This document shows positions 55,030-64,000 of a DNA stretch of 64,000 bases, one piece after another. Both the position numbers and the translations under genes were made by a program. Each line of letters opens with the position of its first letter. Position 1 is the stretch's first letter. The stretch is from assembly GCA_963765575.1 (NCBI GenBank), contig CAVXWZ010000011.1:160001-224000 (forward strand), given 5' to 3'. Below the pieces are notes generated by a model. That model saw only the letters and a program-made list of their open reading frames with translations. It ran no database searches and was not told where the DNA came from. This DNA is from an uncultured cyanobacterium (GTDB lineage Bacteria > Cyanobacteriota > Cyanobacteriia > PCC-6307 > Cyanobiaceae).

Positions 55030-56610
55030 TTGAGCGCCGCGAGCGACCACCGGGTGCTGCTGGTGCGGCTGCCCTGCAATCCGATTTTCCCGGTTGGCCC
55101 GATCTATCTGGCCGACCACCTGCACAAGCAGTTCCCCCAGCTGCCCCAGCGCCTCCTCGACCTGGCCGCCGTGCCGGTGCTGGATGTGCAGCGGGTGCTG
55201 CGTCGCACGGTGGATGCCTTCCGGCCCACGCTGCTGGTGTTTTCCTGGCGCGACATCCAGATCTATGCGCCCGTGGATGGCCGCAGTGGCAACCCACTGC
55301 AGCACTCCTTCGAGGTGTTCTATGCCGGCAACCCGCTCAAGCGTCTGCGCGGGGCGATCGGTGGCCTGGGGCTGATGGCGGCCTTCTACGGCGAGCTCTG
55401 GCGCAATCTGCGGCTGGTCAAACAGGGGCTGAAACGGGCCCGCCGCCACCATCGCGACGCCCGGGCCGTGATCGGCGGCGGCGCCGTGAGCGTGTTCTAC
55501 GAGCAGCTCAGCCGCAGGCTGCCCGCCGGCACGGTGGTGTCGGTGGGGGAGGGCGAGCCGCTGCTGGAGAAGCTGATCCGGGGCCAGTCGCTCGCCGCTG
55601 AACGCTGCTTCGTGGCGGGCGAGGCGCCGCGGCCGGGGCTGATCCACGAGCAGCCGGCGGGGATGGAGAAAACCGCCTGCGACTACGACTACATCGCCGG
55701 CATCTGGCCGCAGCTGGAGTGGTACCTCGAGGGCGGCGATTTCTACGTGGGCGTGCAGACCAAGCGCGGCTGCCCCCACAACTGCTGCTACTGCGTCTAC
55801 ACCGTGGTGGAGGGCAAGGCGGTGCGGGTGAACCCCGTGCAGGAGGTGATCGCCGAGATGGGCCAGCTCTATGCCCGCGGGGTGCGTGGCTTCTGGTTCA
55901 CCGATGCCCAGTTCATCCCGGCGCGCCGCTACATCGAGGATGCCAAGCAACTGCTACGGGCGATCCAGGCCCAGGGCTGGAGCGACATCCGCTGGGCCGC
56001 CTACATCCGCGCCGACAACCTCGATGCCGAGCTGGCCGAGCTGATGGTGGCCACCGGCATGGAGTATTTCGAGATCGGCATCACCTCCGGATCCCAGGAA
56101 CTCGTGCGCAAGATGCGCATGGGCTACAACCTGCGCGTGGTGCTGGAAAACTGCCGGCTGCTGGCCCGGGCCGGTTTCCGCCATCACGTGTCGGTGAACT
56201 ACTCATTCAACGTGATCGACGAGCGGCCCGAAACCATCCGCCAGACCGTGGCCTACCACCGCGAGCTGGAGCGCATCTTCGGTGCCGACAAGGTGGAGCC
56301 GGCGATCTTCTTCATCGGCCTGCAGCCCCACACCCACCTGGAGCAGTATGGCTTCGAGCAGGGAATGATCAAGCCCGGCTACAACCCGATGAGCATGATG
56401 CCCTGGGCGGCCCGCAAGACCCTCTGGAATCCCGAGCCGATGGGCAGCACCTTCGGCCGCATCTGCCTGGAGGCTTTTGATCGCAACCCCGGCGATTTCG
56501 GCCGCACGGTGATGGATCTGCTGGAGCGCGACTACGGCCTCGCCCCGCTTGAGGAGGCCCTGCACGCGCCGGTGGAGGGACGCCGGGCCCTGGCCAGCGC
56601 GGTGCGCTGA
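55030..56610 (+). CDS. B12-binding radical SAM protein (PSII high-light acclimation family)
   Basis: VRLPCNPIFP.GP.YL, RGCPHNCCYC, FTDAQFIP. Confidence 0.85.
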   Translation: MSAASDHRVLLVRLPCNPIFPVGPIYLADHLHKQFPQLPQRLLDLAAVPVLDVQRVLRRTVDAFRPTLLVFSWRDIQIYAPVDGRSGNPLQHSFEVFYAGNPLKRLRGAIGGLGLMAAFYGELWRNLRLVKQGLKRARRHHRDARAVIGGGAVSVFYEQLSRRLPAGTVVSVGEGEPLLEKLIRGQSLAAERCFVAGEAPRPGLIHEQPAGMEKTACDYDYIAGIWPQLEWYLEGGDFYVGVQTKRGCPHNCCYCVYTVVEGKAVRVNPVQEVIAEMGQLYARGVRGFWFTDAQFIPARRYIEDAKQLLRAIQAQGWSDIRWAAYIRADNLDAELAELMVATGMEYFEIGITSGSQELVRKMRMGYNLRVVLENCRLLARAGFRHHVSVNYSFNVIDERPETIRQTVAYHRELERIFGADKVEPAIFFIGLQPHTHLEQYGFEQGMIKPGYNPMSMMPWAARKTLWNPEPMGSTFGRICLEAFDRNPGDFGRTVMDLLERDYGLAPLEEALHAPVEGRRALASAVR

Positions 56611-56619
56611 GAACTCGTA

Positions 56620-57110
56620 AGCAGTGGTCTTGCTTGAGCGCCCCCTGAAATCCTGGCAGGCTGAATCCCTCCATATGCTTGGGTTCGGTAAAGACAGACT
56701 GCGCCTCGGATCTTGGTACTCTCTCCCTCCGATCAGCATTGAAAAGCTATTTGTTACGAAACAGACGCGCCTCCACTGGGGCAGGACCACGCTTTGATGC
56801 CATTTCTCCGTATGCCGTCAGCGAGCTGAGACGGCGATTAGGCATTCCCATGCGGATGAGGCAAGGTGAATCGATGCATCGTTCACAGACTCGCCTTCGC
56901 TTATACATCAGCAGATCTGATGCTGCGACTCGAAGAGTGGTGAATGAGCCTGAGACTGAGTTGTTTCTGGAGAAGCAAGGGTTTCAGATCCTGAGACTTC
57001 AGAGATTCCTTCGCCTGTCAAGTGCGGCTGTTTCAAGGAGCATCGCATATCCTGGCGGTGCATGGTGGTGGTTTGCGAATTTAGCTCGCTGCAGCAAGTA
57101 GAGTGCTTTC
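56620..57110 (+). pseudogene. Glycosyltransferase family 61 (DUF563) C-terminal remnant with several frameshifts
   Basis: Across frames: SWQAESLHMLG / LYISRSDAATRRVVNE..FLEKQGFQIL / QVRLFQGASHILAVHGGGL / ANL; no N-terminus. Confidence 0.7.
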
Positions 57111-57166
57111 GAGGTTTGAATGAGTGCTATCGGCAGATGCTTGCTAGCGAATGCATTGCTGATTGG

Positions 57167-57961
57167 TTAAGAGTCTGCAAAAGGATGTCTGATCTTCAGC
57201 TTCTTGAGTCTTTTCTGAAAGGCGCATGACCGGATCTTTGATTCTCGATGCAGTGATTTCAGCCATTCTTCTTCCGTATCTAAAATATATCTGCAGAGAT
57301 GCCAGCCTTTGCCTTTGTGGCTTCTGAGGCGTTGCCTGTCTGATGCGTCAACACCATAGCCCTCGAGTTTGTCTCTCGCGGATTGCTGGAGCCACGCATA
57401 GGGCTTGTTGTGGAGGTGTAGGTAGGAGATCTCGCTGTCAAGGGCGGCATGCTCTGCTTGGCAGCTGTGGCTACCCGCATCCAGATCGCAGAACTTTGTT
57501 GTGGTCATGAAGACCTTGCCAGGTCTGGACTTGGACATCGGCAGAAAGATGCAGAAATCCCACGGGGCATTGTTGAGCCGGCGCTTGGCCTTGTAAATCT
57601 GACCCTTCATGAGTGAGGCGATGTAGGCCCTGATCTGGCTGGGCTTACAGGTGATTTGCGACCCGCGATCGAGACAGATGAATTCATCGCAATCCAGCGG
57701 GAAAAGAACCTGGGCCTGGTTGCCTTGGCCCATGCTCTTGAGCTCGGCCTCAAGCGCCCAGCCTTTATGAGCAAAGTCCATGTTCGCGTACCTGTCCCAA
57801 ACAACATGGGCGCCAGCTCTTTGCGCTTCTTGGAGGTATCCAATGGTTCGCTCGCATGTCGAACCATGATCCAGGATTCGAAGTGACTGATACCCAAAGA
57901 GCGCAGCGTGATACCGCACCCAGGTATCCAATAGTTCGCCCTCATTGCGTTGCATCATCAC
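57167..57961 (-). CDS. GT2-like glycosyltransferase (Glyco_tranf_2_4 type)
   Basis: MMQRNEGELLDTWVRYH, ILDHGS, FPLDCDEF; lower GC than its neighbours. Confidence 0.75.
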   Translation of the reverse strand: MMMQRNEGELLDTWVRYHAALFGYQSLRILDHGSTCERTIGYLQEAQRAGAHVVWDRYANMDFAHKGWALEAELKSMGQGNQAQVLFPLDCDEFICLDRGSQITCKPSQIRAYIASLMKGQIYKAKRRLNNAPWDFCIFLPMSKSRPGKVFMTTTKFCDLDAGSHSCQAEHAALDSEISYLHLHNKPYAWLQQSARDKLEGYGVDASDRQRLRSHKGKGWHLCRYILDTEEEWLKSLHRESKIRSCAFQKRLKKLKIRHPFADS

Positions 57962-58809
57962 CAGTCGGCGAGGCTTCCAGCGAGCACTGGCTGGTTGAGA
58001 ATCAGGCTCAGCAGCCCCACCAGCCCCACCCAGCCCACCAGTCCTCCCAGTGGGTTCACGTCGGTGGCTGCGCCGGGCCCAATCCACCAGGAGGGGGCAC
58101 CCGCCACGATCACGATCAGCCCCTTCTGCACCAGGAACCAACCGCCCACCAGGACGCCATGAAGCATGATCGCCCCCCAGATTGAGCCGCGATCGGTGCG
58201 TTTTCTGAGGCCAAGAATGAGCCCCAGCAGCAGCAGGCCTCCCAGCAGCGTCAGTTTCGCCAGCCCCGACTCTCGATACCACGGGTGCACGAGGGCATAG
58301 ATGGCTGCCTGGAGCCCCAGGGCCCGTTGTGGGCTCAGCCGCAGGCCCAACTCCCCGAACAGCCAACCCCTGAACAGCAGTTCTTCGGCAAAGCCCACGC
58401 CCAACCCCAGCAGCAGGGCTTCGAGCATCAAGGTGGGCGTGAGCCTGGGTGTCCACGCTGCAGCGCCGCTCAGCAGCAACAACACCGTGACCCCACAGAG
58501 CAACGCTGCGGCCTGGAGTGAGGCGTTCCGCGCCTGCCGCCCCCCCGTCGCTGGGGCGATGGCCAGCCCCAGAGCCCGCCAGGGCGCTTGGGATTCCCAG
58601 AGCCTCCGGATCCGCCCCGGCAGGGTGGCCAGCAGCAGCAGCAGCGCCAGCACCAAAGCGGCCAGATCCACCTGATCGGCCCGCCACGCTGGTGTCAGCA
58701 GGGTCAGCGGCCGGGCCAGCAGCCAGCCTGCTGCCAGCAGCAGCGGCACATAGGCCACCGTGCTCAGCCAGTGGGGACCGCGGCAGGGGATGCCCCCGGC
58801 GGCCGCCAT
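57958..58809 (-). CDS. CPBP (Abi/CAAX) intramembrane metalloprotease
   Basis: GFAEELLFRG, YALVH, AIMLHG. Confidence 0.88.
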   Translation of the reverse strand: MAAAGGIPCRGPHWLSTVAYVPLLLAAGWLLARPLTLLTPAWRADQVDLAALVLALLLLLATLPGRIRRLWESQAPWRALGLAIAPATGGRQARNASLQAAALLCGVTVLLLLSGAAAWTPRLTPTLMLEALLLGLGVGFAEELLFRGWLFGELGLRLSPQRALGLQAAIYALVHPWYRESGLAKLTLLGGLLLLGLILGLRKRTDRGSIWGAIMLHGVLVGGWFLVQKGLIVIVAGAPSWWIGPGAATDVNPLGGLVGWVGLVGLLSLILNQPVLAGSLADW

Positions 58810-59162
58810 CAGCTCTCCGGTTCCAGGCTGCTGGACAGTCCCTTGCCCTTGAGCGTTTCGCAGTAGAACTCCGCCGGCTCCAGGTCGCACACGATCACCA
58901 GGCCCACGCCGGTGTTGTGGGCCTGGAGCATCACGGCGATGGCGTCCTGTTCGCTCAGGGCGGGCACCACCTCCCGCAGGGTCGTGACCACGTACTCCAT
59001 TGAGTTCACTGGGTCGTTGTGGAGCAGCACCTTGTAGCGGGGCGAGGGCTTGCGCACCCGCTGCGGCGCTTTCTCCATCACGGCGGCGCCGCCGCTCTCG
59101 CGGCCGGGAGCCTGGGTCGCTGTTGGGCTCATGACTTGTGTTGGTATGGCTGGCAGCTTCAT
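58809..59162 (-). CDS. clpS: Clp protease adaptor ClpS
   Basis: YKVLLHNDPVNSMEYVV, MLQAH..G. Confidence 0.95.
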   Translation of the reverse strand: MKLPAIPTQVMSPTATQAPGRESGGAAVMEKAPQRVRKPSPRYKVLLHNDPVNSMEYVVTTLREVVPALSEQDAIAVMLQAHNTGVGLVIVCDLEPAEFYCETLKGKGLSSSLEPES

Positions 59163-59188
59163 GACGGCCCCTCCATTTAAGGACGGGA

Positions 59189-60415
59189 TCACAGGGCGCG
59201 GATCCGCTGCATGGCGGCGTCCACGTTGGCGCGGCTGTTGAAGGCCGACAGGCGGAAGTAACCCTCGCCAGCGGCCCCGAAGCCGCTGCCCGGCGTGCCC
59301 ACCACGTGGGCGCTGCCCAGCAGGTGGTCGAAGAAGGCCCAGGAGTCGTGCCCGGCCGGTGTCTTCAGCCACACGTAGGGGGCGTGTTCGCCGCCATGCA
59401 CCGCGATGCCGGCGGCGCCCAGTTCGCGGCGGATGATCGCCGCGTTCTCCATGTAGAAGGCCACCAGCGCCTTCACCTGGGCCTGGCCAGCGGGCGAATA
59501 CACGGCTTCAGCGCCGCGCTGCACGATGTAGCTGACGCCGTTGAATTTGGTGCTCTGGCGCCGGTTCCAGAGCCCCCACAGCTCCACAGGCTCGCCATCG
59601 GCGGCGGTGCCCATCAGCCCGCGGGGCACCACGGTGAAGGCGCAGCGGGTGCCGGTGAAGCCGGCGTTCTTGGAGAAGGAGCGGAATTCGATCGCGCACT
59701 CCCGTGCCCCCTCGATCTCGTAGATCGAATGGGGCAGATCCGGGTCCTGGATGAAGGCCTCATAGGCGGCGTCGAAGAGGATCAGGGCGCCGTTGGCGCG
59801 GGCGTAGTCCACCCAGGCCTGCAGCTGCTCCCGGGTGGCCACCGCGCCGGTGGGGTTGTTGGGAAAACACAGATAGATCAGGTCCACCGCTTCGGCAGGA
59901 ATCGGGGCGCTGAAGTGGTTCTCGGCGCTGATCGGCAGATAGGTGAGGCCGCCGTAGCGACCGCCGGCATCGGCCTCGCCGGTGCGGCCCGCCATCACGT
60001 TGCTGTCCACATACACCGGATACACCGGGTCGGTGACGGCGATGCGGTTGTGGGGCCCGAGGATGTCGAGGATGTTGGCGCTGTCGCACTTGCTGCCGTC
60101 CGACACGAAGATCTCGTCGGCGCTCACCTGGCAGCCGCGGGCCTGGAAATCGTGGCTGGCGATCGCCTCCCGCAGCCAGCCGTAGCCCTGCTCGGGGCCG
60201 TAGCCGTGGAAGCCCTCGCGGCTGCCCATCTCGTCGATGGCGGCGTGCATCGCCTGGCGGCAGGCCAGGGGCAGCGGTTCGGTGACATCGCCGATGCCCA
60301 GCCGGATGATCGCCGCGTCTGGATTGGCCTCGCTGAAGGCCTTCACCCGCCGGGCAATCTCGGGAAACAGATAGCCCGCCTTGAGCTTGAGGTAGTTGCC
60401 GTTGACCTGAACCAC
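59189..60415 (-). CDS. dapL: LL-diaminopimelate aminotransferase
   Basis: [35 protein letters not shown]. Confidence 0.96.
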   Translation of the reverse strand: MVQVNGNYLKLKAGYLFPEIARRVKAFSEANPDAAIIRLGIGDVTEPLPLACRQAMHAAIDEMGSREGFHGYGPEQGYGWLREAIASHDFQARGCQVSADEIFVSDGSKCDSANILDILGPHNRIAVTDPVYPVYVDSNVMAGRTGEADAGGRYGGLTYLPISAENHFSAPIPAEAVDLIYLCFPNNPTGAVATREQLQAWVDYARANGALILFDAAYEAFIQDPDLPHSIYEIEGARECAIEFRSFSKNAGFTGTRCAFTVVPRGLMGTAADGEPVELWGLWNRRQSTKFNGVSYIVQRGAEAVYSPAGQAQVKALVAFYMENAAIIRRELGAAGIAVHGGEHAPYVWLKTPAGHDSWAFFDHLLGSAHVVGTPGSGFGAAGEGYFRLSAFNSRANVDAAMQRIRAL

Positions 60416-60516
60416 TGCAGCGCCGCTCGCATGCACGGCATCCTGCTACGCCACCAGGCCGGTCCGGGGCTGACGGGCCTGCATACCATCGAGGCCAGCC
60501 CCTGGCCCCCGCGCCC

Positions 60517-63204
<2,688 letters not shown>

Positions 63205-63605
63205 TCTCCGCCACAGGCGACACCGCTGTCTGCCGCAAGCTTCTCGCCGCCCCGCGCAGCGCCACAAGCTCTCCCAGCGCCACCAGCATCCGGTGGGTCC
63301 AGCGAGGGTGATGCCCCAGGGTCATCCCCAGCGACGACTTCACTCCCCAGTTTCACTGCTTCAGCTTCACCAGCTCAGCTCCGGTTTGACCTGGATCCGG
63401 CACGGCTCAACAACCCGTTTCCGGCCGCCAGTCATCCCCGGCTGAGCCCAGTCGCCGCCAACCCTCGACATCGTGCTTTCCCGGTCGCGTGCCGTTGAGA
63501 AAGCTTCCGTAGATCCATGGTTCCCGGTGGCGCCCCTGGCTGCCGCCCCTTCCCTGCAGCCGCTGTCCCCCAGGCCGGGCCCCGGATGGCCCATCCCCCC
63601 AACCC

Positions 63606-64000
63606 ATGCCCCAGCAGATCGTCATTGCCGAGCAGCTGCGGATCGCCGCAGTTCTCAACGATGACCGCGTAGACGAACTGGTCGTTGCCCAGGGCCGTTA
63701 CCAGATTGGTGACGTCTATCTCGGCACCGTCGAAAATGTTCTCCCCGGCATCGATGCAGCCTTTGTCAACATCGGCGAAAGCGAGAAAAATGGTTTCATT
63801 CACATCACCGACCTCGGCCCCCTGCGCCTGAAGAAAGGCGGAGCCGGCATCACCGAGCTGCTCGAACCGAAGCAGAAGGTGCTGGTGCAGGTGATGAAGG
63901 AGCCCACCGGCACCAAGGGGCCGCGGCTCACCGGCAATCTCGCCCTGCCCGGGCGCTTCCTGGTGCTGCAGCCCCACGGCCAGGGGGTGAACATCTCCCG
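63606..64000 (+). CDS. rne: Ribonuclease E/G, 3'-truncated by the window edge
   Basis: MPQQIVIAEQ...GDVYLGTVENVLPGIDAAFVNIG..KNGFIH...VQVMKEPTGTKGPRLT. Confidence 0.96.
   Translation, partial: MPQQIVIAEQLRIAAVLNDDRVDELVVAQGRYQIGDVYLGTVENVLPGIDAAFVNIGESEKNGFIHITDLGPLRLKKGGAGITELLEPKQKVLVQVMKEPTGTKGPRLTGNLALPGRFLVLQPHGQGVNIS

Noticed and set aside
57167..58687. 506-aa ORF as a full-length glycosyltransferase
   Set aside because: Its first ~240 aa overlap the CPBP gene in another frame and look non-coding; only the part from ~57961 has GT motifs.

Overview
High-GC picocyanobacterial chromosome segment (Cyanobium/Synechococcus-like, judged from gene content and order). It is mostly core genes: glyA, cinA, leuCD, psbI/N/H, tatA, pth, ntcA, dcd, thyX, glmM, ictB, trmB, ileS, crtR, gatC, ndhP, pyrB, coaBC, psbO, sat, ftsH, aroC, psbA, cofG, clpS, dapL and the start of rne, plus tRNA-Leu(UAG) and tRNA-Ala(CGC). 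Four small accessory patches, visibly less GC-rich, interrupt this backbone: (i) ~3.7-6.1 kb, secreted proteins plus MarC; (ii) ~20.0-20.85 kb, a secreted protein with a VPAP/PEP-CTERM-like tail; (iii) ~42.3-44.8 kb beside the tRNA-Ala 3' end, a second, frameshift-riddled VPAP-tailed gene followed by pieces of five or six type II toxin-antitoxin modules whose toxins are all missing or broken; (iv) ~56.6-58.0 kb, a glycosyltransferase remnant plus a GT2-like gene. The most striking non-coding signal is at 41745-41955: two tandem minus-strand RNA-like units, each ending in its own intrinsic terminator, share a perfect 16-nt complementarity that covers a GGGG hairpin loop in one of them, which suggests an sRNA/anti-sRNA pair. 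Single-base indels in housekeeping genes (aroC, coaBC, tatA, a creatininase) point to assembly errors, so every 'pseudogene' call based on one frameshift is provisional. No CRISPR array, integrase, transposase or rRNA was seen. Family assignments come from motif recognition by eye, not from database searches.
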